Source of the DNA: the human T2T-CHM13v2.0 reference genome, Homo sapiens
Direction: 5' to 3' (one strand)
DNA: 64,000 bases
Assembly (NCBI RefSeq): GCF_009914755.1
Contig: NC_060933.1
In this document: positions 24,738-38,085 of the stretch, piece by piece
Numbering within the stretch: the stretch's first letter is position 1
Layout of the letters: every line of letters begins with the position of its first letter
The notes under the pieces: generated by a model
What the model was told of the DNA's origin: nothing
Seen by the model: the letters and a program-made list of their open reading frames with translations, nothing else
Database searches by the model: none
Program-made: the position numbers and the translations under genes

Positions 24738-25019
24738 TCAAAGTTAACATGTTTCTTTTCTGTGTTGTTGCTGTGTTTTTGGTAACACTTGCCCCACCTT
24801 GGCCTTGATACAGCTCTCAGTGGGGTTTAAGGGAGGCCCAAGAGCTCTGCATGCTTTGGGGACTTCTGCATCCCAGTCACATAGCATTAGCATTGCAAGC
24901 CTGAGGGGTTCTCAGCCCACTTTTTACTGTGTCATTTCCATTCACCACAATAGGCTATACTGTCTTCTATCTTAAAAAAACATAATAGTAAAACCTTCTA
25001 GACTCCACGTCCCTATTCA

Positions 25020-25480
25020 GTCACTATCCCATTTTCATGAAAACTTGAAAATCTTGCTTTTACTCACTTTCCCCACTCGATTCACTCTACATAATCGAGT
25101 TCCATTCGATTATGTAGAGTCGCTAGTGACCAAAACCTTGCTCTACCTGATTGTCACTTCTCAGTCCTCAGCTTATATGACGTTTCAGCAGCATTGGCCA
25201 TGACTGATCACCTCCTTCTTTTCAAAGCGCTTTCTAAAATTTTGGCTTCCGAAACTCCATACTCCCCTGTTCTCTCATTTTACTGCCTGGTGGCTCCTTC
25301 TGTCTCTCAACTCCTTAGGTAACCACATCTAGTGCCTTGATTTTAAATTGCATCTCCTAATTTGATGTTTTCAATCTCAGTCTTTCTCTGATCTCCATAT
25401 GTATATATTCACTTGGTTCCAAGGACATCTCAAACTTAAGCTTCCCCAAGAGCACTTCTAAATTTCCATCCCCAAAACCT
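25020..25480 (+). mobile_element. L2 fragment
   Basis: 'ctcagtcctcagcttatatgacgtttcagcagcattgg...tgatcacctccttctt...ggacatctcaaacttaa'. Confidence 0.7.
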
Positions 25481-25712
25481 ATTTGTTTACTGGGCTTACT
25501 GTGGTAGATACCCTCCAAAATTGGTCTCCATCACTTTTCTCCCTACCTTTACATCCTTACTACTCAGATCAAAAGGCAGAGTATAATCCCCTTCCCCTTG
25601 AGTCTTGGGTAGGCCTTACTGACTTTGACCAATAGGACATAGTGAAAGTGACTGACATTCTGGGGCCTCCAAGGCTAGATCACAAGAAGCCTTGCAGCTT
25701 CTACTCGGGCCT

Positions 25713-26078
25713 TGTATTAGTCCGTTTTCACACTGCTGATAAAGATATACCCAAGATTGGGCAATTTACAAAAGAAAGAGGTTTACTGGACTTAGGGTTC
25801 CACATGGCTGGGGAGGCCTCACAATTATGGTGGAAGGCAAGGAGGAGCAAATCACATCTTACATGGATGGCAGCAGGCAACGAGAGGGCTTGTGCAGAGA
25901 AACTCCTGTTTTTAAAACCATCATATCTCATGAGACCCATTCACTGTCATGAAAACAGCATGGGAAAGATACACCCCCATGATTCAGTCATCTCCCACTG
26001 GGTCCCTCCCACAATATGTGGGAATTATGGGAGCTACAAGATGAGATTTGGGTGGGAACACAGAGCCAAACCTTATCA
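25713..26078 (-). mobile_element. THE1 solo LTR
   Basis: tgtattagtcc...ccttatca with a perfect 5-bp TSD GGCCT (25708-25712 / 26079-26083). Confidence 0.92.
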
Positions 26079-26363
26079 GGCCTCTTGGAATACTTGCTCT
26101 GCAGAAGCCAGTCACCACGTAAGACATCTGGACCACCTTCAGACTCGCATGCTGTGAGGAAGCCCATGCTTACTATGTGTAGAGGATACATGGAGAAGGA
26201 AAGAGATGCCTGGCCAGCTCCCTGCTGTTTCAGCCATGTGAGTGAAGAAGGCACCAGACTTGTGAGTGGAGACACTAACTTGGATGTCCAGCCCAGCTGA
26301 ACCTTCAGGTGACTCCAGCTCTAGCTGCCATCCTACTGAAGACACATGAGAGAGACCCCAAGC

Positions 26364-26519
26364 CAGGGTCAAGATCAGCGTGAAGCAAGTGAGGCATTTT
26401 GGTGCAAAATGTAAGGAGGCATTGACCTTCATAATTGGGCTCCAAGACTCCAAGAGTGAGTGCCTCCTTAAATTTTGTACTTTAGACACTACACTCACCT
26501 TTCTCTAGTTCTGGTCTTG
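26364..26519. mobile_element. MER91A-like palindromic hAT element
   Basis: Internal inverted repeat gcaaaatgtaaggaggca / tgcctccttaaattttgt; 8-bp TSD ccccaagc / cctcaagc. Confidence 0.75.
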
Positions 26520-27122
26520 CCTCAAGCAAGAAGAGCAGAGCTTAGCTCAGTCAACCCAAAGAATCCTGAGAAATAACAAAAAAATATTCTTTTAAGCCAC
26601 TCAGTTTTGAGATGGTTTGTTATGCAACAATAGAGCATTAGAACTTTTCTTCCTGTCCAATTGCTTAGGTGAAAGATGCTAGTATCTGCCTGAATTCTTT
26701 CCTTTTCTTCACATTCTACATTCAATTAATGGCTCATCATAGGTGTCAATAAAATATTTGATAAGTTGAATGAATGAAGAATCAGCACTTCTTGTCTTCT
26801 AAATCAGCCAACTCAGAACTAGTCCAAATCATTTCTACTACAAAGAACAGTAATAAAGACCCTGAGAGATTAAAGAATACAGAATAGTTCTGAAGTTTTA
26901 AAATATAAAATTATATTTCCAAAAGGGTTGACTGGTTCAGTGAAAGAACAAAAACCTCAATCAACAAATACCAATTACCTTTTGGTGCTTTAGCAACATA
27001 ACCCAGATAAAGTAGGAGGAGATAGACTTCTGCCCTCAGAGGACTCAACAATATGTCACTTGGCCATTTGGAGTTGTCAGAGGCTCTAACCACTTAGCAG
27101 AAGTCTTAAGTCACAGACACCC

Positions 27123-27500
27123 TGTATTAGTGTGTTCTCACACTACTATAAAGACTGGGTAATTTATTTAAAAAATAGGTTTAATCTGCTCATGGTTCAG
27201 AAGGCTTTATAGGCTTCTGCCTCTGGGGAGGCCTCAGGAAGCTTACAATCATGGCTGAAGGCAAGGGGAAGCAAGCACTTCTTCACATGGCTGGCAGGAG
27301 AGAGAGAGCAAAGGAGAGGGGTGCTACACATTTTCAAACAGCCAGATCTTTTGAGAACTCACTCTCACAAGAACAGTATGGGGGAACTCCCTCCATCCCT
27401 TCCCCATGATCCAATCACCTCCCACCAGGTCCCTCCTCCAACACTGGAGATTATAATTCAACATGAGATTTAGGTGGGGACACAGAGCCAAACCATATCA
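27123..27500 (-). mobile_element. MST/THE1-type solo LTR
   Basis: tgtattagtg...gagccaaaccatatca. Confidence 0.87.
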
Positions 27501-28622
27501 CATTCACTCTCTTGTTTTCTTTATTTACTTGCATTCTTAAAACCAGAAAATATTAATACTTCAGTTTGTGGCAGATACTGCATGGAAACCAAGCACCATC
27601 TACTCTAGAATTCTACATTAGACTTTGTATCCTGAAGGTTTACCTCATTCTTCACAAAAGTCTTCCCTTTGTCTGTTGCCTTCTTAAGAAGAATTAATTC
27701 TTGGGAACAAGATAGAAGGATGGGAACCTCATGTAGAAGGAAATCCCTTTCATGCACAGTAAAGCAGGGTCATTCTCCCAGCTAATGATCTGGAGCCTCC
27801 TCCTGAACCCCAGCTTTGCTTATATCTTCGGCAAGGACCATCTTCGCATCTTTGAGCCCTATTAATTCCATCTAAGAAAAATGTTGTTCACATTCACCCT
27901 CCCTGTCTTCTCATGTCCTGGTTTCTTCAAGGTTTTCTTCATTGCTGAATACCAGGTCTTTCCCAACTCTCCTCCAAACCAGGGATTGTAAACCAGAGAA
28001 GCATCTCTAAAGGACTCGGGAGCTTTTTCAAAATACATATGCCTGTGCCAACTTCATTACACTTGAATTCTTCCCCAGGGGCCAAGGAATGTGTACTATG
28101 GAAAAAAACAAACACACACACAAAGGCATATTTCTGCCTCAACCACTCAAAATCAGTGGTTGCTAGATTTTGAGATTTCAAAGATCCGTTTATTTTCAAA
28201 AAAAATCTGGAATATCTTTTAAAAAAAGATGCCAACTTTTTATTTTATCAAGCATTAACAAACAAACAAACCTACTACTACCATCTGTTAACACCAGTGT
28301 CTTATTAAATAAAGAGGATTTGAAACCCCAAAGGCAGAGAAAGAATAACCAGAGAATACAGGCGAGTTGAATACATTTAGATATTTAAAGGACTTACTAT
28401 ATTGTCCTATTTTTTTTTTTTTCATTTTAACTGAATTTACGACACAGGGGAAACTTCTTCAGAAACTTTTGCATCTTCAGACAGCATTTTGGAATAACTA
28501 CTCTAAAGCAATCCTCCATGCTGATGTTAAATGAGTCGGATGAAATCACTACTCCACTTAAAAATTTATAGTGACTCCTCAGGAAAAAGTCCAAGGTCAC
28601 TACCAGTGTTACAGCAGTTTGA

Positions 28623-28992
28623 GGTCTGGTGCAGTGGCTCATTCCTGTAATTCCAGAACTTTGAGAGGCCTAGGCAAGAAGATCACTAGAGCCAGGAGTT
28701 TGAGGCCAGCCTAGGCAACATCGCGAGACCCCATCTCTACCAAAGAACACCCACAAAAATTAGCCAGACATGGTGATGCGTGCCTATAATTCTAGCTACT
28801 CAGGAGGCTGTGGAGGGAGGACAAAAATTAGCCAGACATGGTGATGCGTGCCTATAATTCTAGCTACTCAGGAGGCTGGGGAGGGAGGATCACTTGAGCC
28901 CAGGAGGTTAAGGCTACAGTGAGCTATGATCACCACTGCACTCCAGCCTGGATGACAGAGCAAGACCCTGTCTCAAAAAAAAAAAAAAAAAA
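28623..28992 (+). mobile_element. AluJ-like with an internal 68-bp tandem duplication
   Basis: Alu body with 28753-28820 repeated at 28821-28888. Confidence 0.9.
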
Positions 28993-29059
28993 CGCAGTTC
29001 GAAAGACCCATTCCAAATACTTAACCCCATCTATTCTTGCCTGTGCCCCCAAACACAAA

Positions 29060-29225
29060 CGTATATGTGCACACACACATGCACTCACATACACATACAT
29101 ATGATGCATGTACTCACATACATATATGGATGTACACATGCACATTCATGCAGGCACACACAGGCACAACATATACCCATGCATGCACTCACGCATACTC
29201 ATTCGTGCACACACACACACACAAA
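29060..29225. repeat. Degenerate (CA/TA)n purine-pyrimidine repeat
   Basis: cacacacacatgcactcacatacacatacatatg... Confidence 0.85.
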
Positions 29226-29578
29226 CTGGAATTTCTCTTCTGAGTATCCACCATGGCATCTCCATCCTGCCCTTCTCCGGGGACTTTGGTATGTTGGCCT
29301 CTTTAGCAGAGAAATGCTTCTGTCCCCCAGCTTTAAGGGATTACAAGAGAAAGTCTCCCTTTTGACGCTCTACTCCTGGATAATACATGTAAAGTCTCAC
29401 CGCCCCCTTTCTATGTGCACATACTCTTTGTAACTGTAGTCAACGCTGAGAAATCCATGTTTGTTGCTTAAGCCACCCAGTCTATGATATTCTGTTATAG
29501 CAGCCCAAACTAAGATAGTGGATGAAAAAGACAAATTTTTCTAGTAAACAAAGAGCTCTTAGAAATTTACAGCAAAAG

Positions 29579-30004
<426 letters not shown>

Positions 30005-30375
30005 TTAAATTAACTAGTAGTTAGATGAAAAGAAATTAGAAAACAATGAGATATTACTTTAACACTCCATAGACCGACTAAAATGTGAAAGCACTTTGAC
30101 AGCCAGTTCTTATAAAGATACCTTCAAAAGTTGCTTGTGTAAATGTGAAATGTTGGATTCTTTTTTGGCAATACCTTTAAAATGTAAAATACAAATACTG
30201 TTTGGCCCAACCCATTCCTGAGAATCTTTCCAATAATAATAAATACTGATAAGGAAGGACACTATCTGCATTCTAGCCATTCCAATAGAAATAATTACTT
30301 TTTTCCTCCAAAAGTTCTAGCAAAAGTTTTGGAACCTCAATTGATCTGGGCCATGTGCCCATGTACCTTAGTGAA

Positions 30376-30386
30376 AGAGATGAGAA

Positions 30387-30419
<33 letters not shown>

Positions 30420-30436
30420 AAAAGAGAGAGAGAGAG
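30376..30436. repeat. (GA)n microsatellite
   Basis: Interrupted GA tract. Confidence 0.9.
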
Positions 30437-31466
30437 CACTTCCTGAAGGAAAACCAACGCTGTCATGATGAGAAAAATCAGCCGCTACACCAGGGCTCCA
30501 CAAATGTGATCCAGTGCTTTGTAGTGGTCCCTGATGAGATGGACCACTCAGCTCATTAGAGCAGGCATTTGAATACTTTTATAGCTATCTCATAGAGTAA
30601 TATGATGTCAGTTGAAGCTAATAATAAAATTTGAGGCTTCTGTTTTGTAGGTATTCTTTTTTCTAGTAACTTCAAAAATTTTGTTTTACAAACTATCTAT
30701 GATAGACAAAAAAATTCTGCAGTTTCAGAACAGACAATTTGAGAAGCACTGTGAAATATATACATTAAAATACAAAAAAGAAATGGATACTGGTTATTTT
30801 CTTTGGTTTTAGAGGTAAATAAGTTGTCTGGCACAGGAACATAAGGATTTGGCGCTGTGTAAAGATTAATAAAAATGGAAGGAACAAACTTCTAATTCTT
30901 CAGAGAACATGGATAACAACTCCAAGATGCAAAATGACAACATGATCCCGCTTTCACTGATGAGTGTATCAACAGAGACAGAGCAGCTATTTAACACCAT
31001 CAGCCTACTGTTCTCTATGGAGCAGAAAACACACCCCCTCATCATTGCTTTGGAACTGGGGAGATCAAGATCCTGGCTCAGTTTCAATATCTAATAACAT
31101 GAGGAAATACCCACAAAATTAGTAGGAGCTCCAATTATCAGGAAACTCGACTTTCATACTTTTTGAAAAGAGATATTAATGAAATAGAGACTTAAACCCA
31201 TTGGCAAGATACAACATAGAACATTTGAGGCACAACATGCTTCAACCTCAGTGGATTGCAGTTAGCCAGTTAGCAGTACAACCATATTTCTACCAAGAGC
31301 ATTTTTTCCCCCAAGAGAGTACCTTGGGCACATTTGGGCATTACCTACTAAATTCTCCAATAATTGGGGCCGATTCTACAATATGCATAGTTAGTATGTT
31401 TCAAAGTCGTGCTAGGCCTTATTTCCAAATCTAGCTTCTCACTACTAAAATTAAGAAGAAACTTTT

Positions 31467-31766
31467 GGCTGGGTGCTGTGGCTCATGCATGTAATCCCAG
31501 CACTTTGGGTGGCCGAGGCAGGCAGATCACGAGGTCAGGAGATCAAGACCATCCTGGCCAACATGGTGAAACCCCATCTCTACTAAAAGTACAAAAATTA
31601 GCTGGGCGTAGTGGTGCATGCCTGTAATCCCAGCTACTCAGGAGGCTGAGGCAAGAGAAGCACTTGAACCAGGGAGTCTGAAGTTGCAGTGAGCTAAGAT
31701 GAAACCACTGCACTCCATCCAGCCTGGTAATAGAGCAAAACTCTGTCTCAAAAAAAAAAAAAAAAA
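31467..31766 (+). mobile_element. AluSc-like
   Basis: Full-length Alu; TSD aagaaactttt. Confidence 0.92.
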
Positions 31767-32344
31767 GAAACTTTTAAATAATTTAACTCTTTCATAAATC
31801 TAGATAAATTGTTTTCTAAATAAAAATAACATAGTTTGTAAGAGAACTTATCAAATGCCTCAAAAGTCTGCTTTTTATCTTGTGAGGATTTATGTAAAGA
31901 CAATAGACATCCCAAAAAAACCTATCCACAGGAAAAAAAAAAATCTAGCAACAAGCTTGTACAAAATTTGTAAGTTTCAGGTTAATGCTTCTCTAGACAA
32001 TTTGAGAAAAGTACTACAATTGCTTACATATTTACTGCTGAAAATCTGTAATTGTCATAAATGTCTTGGGAAAAATCTGTAATCTTATTGATAAAGATTA
32101 CAAGCCATCTAATTCGTTTTAATGAAATATATATCCTAGGACTTCATCAAACACCTCATTGATGAGTTCACACTTTTCCTAAATTTTAAATTTATATGCA
32201 CACTTACCTGCTCATTTCTCACTGAATTTGATTCAGTTGAATCCAACAGATGTTTATTGAGTTCCCACTGTATGTTCTAGGAAGGCAAATAATGTTTTCT
32301 TCAAGTCTTCCATCTCTGTTCCTCTTTTCTTTCTTTATTACTAG

Positions 32345-32650
32345 ACTTTTTTTAAAAAGCACTTTTAGTTTTAAGGCAATTTTAGAAAAATTGATTGGAA
32401 AGTACAGAGGGTTCCTGCACAATTCCTACTCCCCCCAACTGTTTCCTCTATTATTTACATTCTGTATTATATTACTGTGGTACACTCGTTACAACTGATG
32501 AACCAATACTGGTATTTTATTATTAACTAAAGTCTTCGATTTACATTAGTTCCTTCTTAGTGTTGTTCATTCTATGCATTTTGACAAATGTATAATGTCA
32601 TGTATTCACTATTAGAATATCATACAGAGTTTCATCTCCCTAAATTCCCT
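32345..32650 (-). mobile_element. L1 (L1MC-type) 3' fragment
   Basis: 'gaaagtacagagggttcc...ttacaactgatgaaccaatact...ttattattaactaaagtc...ttttgacaaatgtataatg'. Confidence 0.65.
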
Positions 32651-33149
32651 GGAAGCATTCTGTATTAACCTAGAAGGGATCTTAAATCAAATTTTTTCGT
32701 TTACAGCTTCACTTCTTAAAGCTTCTGGATCTAGTATTTCTTTTTTGCCCATTATTTAAAAAATTAAGTGAGATTTTGCATGCCATTTGAATTCAAAAGT
32801 TGGTCTCTCTGTGGTACACATCTCCTCAAATGATTAACTATTTATGTTGAAATAGTACTTCTTATAATTCAGTTATCCATCCGGAAATATTTCTTGAGTA
32901 CCTGCCCTGGGCCAAGCATTCTGGTCTGTTTTCTCTTGATTAGTGAAGTTTGTGATAGGTGACCTTATGTAACATGTCTTTGTTTCACTCATAGACATAC
33001 ATTTAATTATCAAAATCCTTTACACATATATAGTACAAAATGCAAAAGAATTTTTTTTTATTGTATAATTTTAGCAAGCTTCCACTTACCTTTGCACCAA
33101 GACTGCCACTTCCTTTAGCCACTGTTATCAATTTCTGGCATGCATTTCC

Positions 33150-33710
33150 AGAGATATTACATGTATACACATATATAAGAATCTTTTTAAAAACAACAAT
33201 CTTTGCCTTGTTTTTTTACTTAACAGTATATTTTGGGCACTGTTCCATGTCACTTTGTAAAAAGCTGATGTATTCCTTGCTTATCCTTTTTGATGAGTAT
33301 GTAGCGTTCTGCTTTTGAGTGTTCCATAAATTATTTAAGCAGTCCCTTAGTCCCTTATTGTTGAATATTTAAATTCAAATTATTTGTTATTCCAATGTGG
33401 CAATGAATATTCTTGCACATTTGTCATCTCATAAATATTTTAATGCAGCCATAGTTTACATTCGTAGAAGTGGAATTACTGAGTCAAAGAGGAGGTTCAT
33501 TTTAAACTGTGCTAGATCAATTGTTCTATCTATGTATCTCTGATAGGTCCATTATTCCCTGTAGAAGTTGTGCCAGTGTATGAGAGTGTTTCCTAATATC
33601 ATCACCAACATTACATGTTATTATTAAGCTTTTGGATCTTTGCCAATCTGATAAGTGAAAATTTATGCCATTGTAGCTTTAATTTTAATTTCTCTTATTA
33701 TATGTAAGTC
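33150..33710 (-). mobile_element. Ancient L1 (L1ME-type) fragment
   Basis: 'gtagaagtggaattactgagtcaaag...tttgccaatctgataagtgaaa...ttgtagctttaatttt'. Confidence 0.6.
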
Positions 33711-34684
33711 ATACATTATTATTTAAGTCCTCAGGAAGTTAATAAAGTAAAGACTGAATACATTTAACTGCAAGGAGGTTAAGTGATCCAACATCATCCA
33801 ACTCATAAGTGACGGCACCCAGAAAGTGCTCTCCCAAGCCCCTGTCCTCTGTCATCCCCCACCTCCCTGTACTATATAGCACAGTGCCAACAGGCTTGGT
33901 TAAAGGTTTGCATTTTCCTCCACTTGATCAGTAATTGTCAAAAAATTATTACTTTTTATGAAAAGGAATAAGTTTTCTTACTAAAATGGCAAAATCAGTT
34001 AATTCTGAAGAATCCTCCCAGATTTCATTTAAAATTTTAGGAACTCCCTTCCCTCTCACTAGAGACATACTAGAAAAAAAAATCAACATTTTTTATCTGG
34101 ATAATCACTGAATGACTGACATAAAATATCTGGACTTCTGTTTGAGATGAAATTATCCTATTATTGATGGGACATATTTGAGAAACAAAGCTTCGCTCTT
34201 TCCTCCCTAACTTCCTGCTCTGAAACACCTGTTTCCATTCTGTATCTGACCAAACTCAGAGCATTGAGTTTCCATACACTATGGAACCCTGAGAATCTTG
34301 TGGTTTCTGAGCAGCCAGTGAAGACTTTGCTTTCCTTTGCATTTGTTGTGTTTGTCAGGTAGAGGCTTGTCTCTGGACCTAAGCAGTCTACTGCCTCACT
34401 GTCACAGCCAGTTTGCTGCTCTAAGAGGGTTAATTGCCCCTTCTTGTACCCTCAAATCCATTCTTGACCCTTGGTTTGGAAGGAAGGAAAGAGACAGAGC
34501 CATATGGAAGCAAGAAGGTTTCCTATGGTCCCAGGGCAGAGCAGTTTGTGGTAGTTTAACAATTATTAAACACATTAACAAAGTGACCAAATGAACCAAC
34601 TTTCTGGAACAGACGTTATGTCAATCTTGAATTATGCATTTTTGCTGTTGTTATTCTTTATTCATCGAACAAATATTGCACACC

Positions 34685-34982
34685 GGCCGGGCGCGGTGGC
34701 TCAAGCCTGTAATCCCAGCACTTTGGGAGGCGGAGGCAGGCGAATCATGAGGTCCGGAGATCGAGACCATCCTGGCTAACACAGTGAAACCCCGTCTGTA
34801 CTAAAAATCCAAAAAAAAAAGCCGGGTTCCGTGGCAGGCGCTTGTAGTCCCAGCTACTCAGGAGGCTGAGGCAGGAGAATGGCGTGAACGCGGGAGGAGG
34901 AGCTTGCAGTGAGCCGAGATCGCGCCACTGCACTCCCATCTGGGCAACAGAGCGAGACACTGTCTCAGAAAAAAAAAAAAAA
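34685..34982 (+). mobile_element. AluY
   Basis: CpG-rich; 'gagatcgagaccatcctggctaacac' and 'gagaatggcgtgaac'; TSD attgcacacc. Confidence 0.93.
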
Positions 34983-37679
34983 ATTGCACACCAGTTTGTG
35001 TCAGAAGCTGGTCTCTGTTCTACAGGTCTAGCAATAACTAACAGGAGGAAATGCCTCCTCGTAGTTCATTTTATCCAATGGCTCTCATAATTTTCTTTCC
35101 CCATTTTCATGGTAAATCTGAGAACTGAGTGACCTATCATTACAAAAGCGGAGTCCGTTTCTGGAATTTCTGGAAAACGGCAGATGCCCTCAGGCTTAGC
35201 CTTATCTCTATTCTACAAACAAAAGAAGTGAAGTGAATTCCTTCCTAGGACCTTCTAGGTCCTGGAGGAAAAGTCTATGCGATTCTCAAATCTTTGAGAA
35301 ACATCTGGGGGAAGCATAAACAAGGTGGAAGAAAAGCCTCCCTTTAAAAGCTGATCAGCCACTTCTCTGCCAAGGGCTTGTCAAAATTGCTCAAGAGGGA
35401 GGAAAAAAGAGAGAGAAACAAGTGCACATATACATTTTTAAAGTAGCTAGCAACCAAGACAACACCAATTATTTAACCACAGTAAAGAAACCAGCAGCCA
35501 AACCACACTGATTATTTAACCGCTTATCCAAGTGCTGAACACAGCCATAGCCAGCCACATTAATTTAATGTAAATATCCCCAGTAACCAGTCACACGGAG
35601 TCAAGAACTGCAGCAAGGGCAGCTCCTCACCTTTCCGTGTCTTGTCTCCAGATGTCTGGAACTGAGAAATTGGCTATCATCCAACCCATATTTTGCTATT
35701 TTTTCCCCCTTGGCATTTTTGTTTCTCCAAAAATGGGTTCATCCCTTCGCTGCTGATCTACAGTCTCACGTGTATACACATACTCAGGGAGACATTGCAC
35801 TTAGTGAATTATGTTCTTTCCCTCTTCATTTCCACCTGTCCTTTTCAAATCAGTCTTTCTCCTTTTTTAACTTCAGTGCTTTCTTTACAGTACATTTGAT
35901 TCCTACTTCTGTAATTTTCGCTGATCATTATAAGTAAACTTTACTCTCAAGAAGAATTTATCAGGAAAACATGATCTTGCTTTGCTATTTGTCATTACAT
36001 AATCCATACCATTGGAATTTACTATAAAATATTTCCTTTCAGTGAGAAATGCCCAGACTCATAGATCTCATAAGCCCAGATGTTCATGTTTGAAAAACAC
36101 AGCTCAGGTTTTAATGGCCACAGGTTTGGCATCTGACTCAAGGTCAGCCAACCCATTGTCTAGCAACCAATCTGATTCCTCTCTTTGGGATTTGAACCAA
36201 GAGACATGGAGATTGGCTTGAAATGTGGCATAGATTGGGAGCTGGCTGACAGGGGAGGCCATGTGCAAACAGAGCAAGCTTAACTGGAGAGAGGAGCAGA
36301 GAGAAACAGCTGAGGAAGACCCAGTGGTCCACAGCAGTTAAACGTGAAGCAACCGGTAACCATATGCTTCCCTGAAGGAAGGAGAGAGACGCCCCACTGC
36401 CTGTCTGTGGTCTAGTTCTATTTCTCAGGAACCGGTCTCTATTTCAGTTGCTACAACCGTGAGATTGATGCTGGATATGCCTCATATTACATTTGTGTCA
36501 GCAGATAATAGGGCAAGATTAGGCTCTGGGGTCACCTAGCTGGTCCCTTTCGATTCTGCTCTCTCCTCAATGCCCACCTTTTCTCTGGCCATGGCATCAG
36601 TTTTAAAATGATGATTGTGAATAAAATGTCTATCTCATGTGTAGGGAAGCTTCTTAGGCATAATGTAACAAGCTTAATGAGAACTTGAGCTTTGTGGAGT
36701 GAGTCATGGAGCTACTACATAGAGAAAAAGGTTCAGGGTGCCATTGATGCCTAACCAGCTTGTACAATACCTCATCAATGGCAAAGCGCAATGTTGGTGG
36801 GCTGAACCTCTTCTCTTTCCCATTGCTTTTGAGTGCTAGATGCCATATTCTGACTTCTCTGGTTCAAATCTAACCCGATTTTGGGGGTGGGAAATTAAAA
36901 GTGCTCTTGGCGCAGGATAAGTTCGAGATGGTTTTTGAACAACCAAATGAGTATATATATATGGAGATAAGAGAAAGACTAAGATTGAAAATATCACAAA
37001 GCACTTTGGAAAGAAGGGGGTGATTGGTCATGTCCAATGCTGTGGAAAGGTCACATAAGCTGAAGACTGAGAAGTGACCATTGCATTGGGTAGAGCAAGA
37101 TTTTGATCATTAGTGACCTTGACAAGTAAAATGATGAGATAAAATCTGATTATAGTGAATTGGGAAGAGAACACGAGGAGACAGTGGAAAAAGTAAGTAA
37201 AAGCAACTTTTTCCAGGATTTTTAATAGAAATGAGAGAGTTACTCACTGGGGACTTCCCCAGGGGAGGTGGTGGGTTATCAGCACAGATGCTAGGAGCAG
37301 CCAGGGTTTGAATCTCAGCCTTATAGGAATTAAACTCATTAAGACTCAAATTTCTTAACCTGTAAAAGGAAGTTCAGAGCATAAAATTATTAACTGAAGA
37401 GTTGAGTTTCTAGCATGATACACATATTGGCTAAATTAAATCTAACCACAGATGAGATGCTTTATTTGTCTGATATCTATGAGCACACACCTAGTAGCTC
37501 TTGGATAGAAACTCATGCAGTTCTGTGTATATGATTCTTTACTGCCCATCTGCCGTGTCCTGGTGCTGTGCTGCTCTAGGTGAATGTGAGACAGTCCCTG
37601 TCCTTCACAGCCTCACCAGCTAACCTGAAGCAAGAAGATACCTCTACCACCACAATGACCTATCTTGAGCCTGAATAGA

Positions 37680-37820
37680 ACTTCCCTGGGTTATTTCATA
37701 AATGCAGATTCCAGGACATCTACTGGACCTGCAGAAGACTCTGGTAGCAGAGCCTGCCGAATCCCACATGGTACCATCTACAGTGATTTCTTCTGCACAC
37801 TGGAGTCTGAGGACTCTTGC
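37680..37820. mobile_element. MER5B-like DNA transposon
   Basis: 'aaatgcagattccagga...gtgatttcttctgcacactggagtctgaggac'. Confidence 0.5.
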
Positions 37821-38085
37821 TAAGGAAACTTGGATGGTTGTGGAAGTTTCTGGGCAGATGAGTGACAACAGAGCAGCATTTGAAGATGAGCCTGTTAGGA
37901 CTGATTGGAGGGAAGAGAGGCAGCAGTACTAATTAAGATGAGATGGCCATGAACCAGGGTGAAAAGAGTGCTTATGTATAAGGAGGGAGCAGTGAATATA
38001 AAAAGAAGGGCAGGCAAGAAAGATTGTTTTCAACGCAAGAAATGACAGTGTTTAGTAACTGAGTGGAAATAATAAATAAAGGAAG

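Larger units (their letters stand above)
25500..26635 (+). mobile_element. MLT1 LTR carrying nested THE1 and MER91 insertions
   Basis: 'tgtggtaga...gccatgtgagtgaaga...ttttaagccactcagttttgagatggtttgttatgcaacaatag'. Confidence 0.75.

Noticed and set aside
26400-26480. Long imperfect hairpin suggesting a pre-miRNA
   Set aside because: Explained by the palindromic MER91-type DNA transposon with its 8-bp TSD.
25642-26498. 171-aa and neighbouring ORFs
   Set aside because: Lie entirely within nested THE1/MLT1 LTR sequence.
28753-28888. Possible CRISPR-like or satellite array
   Set aside because: Only two adjacent copies with no spacers, inside an Alu in a eukaryotic genome.
28930-29433. His/Thr-rich ORFs
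   Set aside because: Translation of a CA-rich simple repeat.
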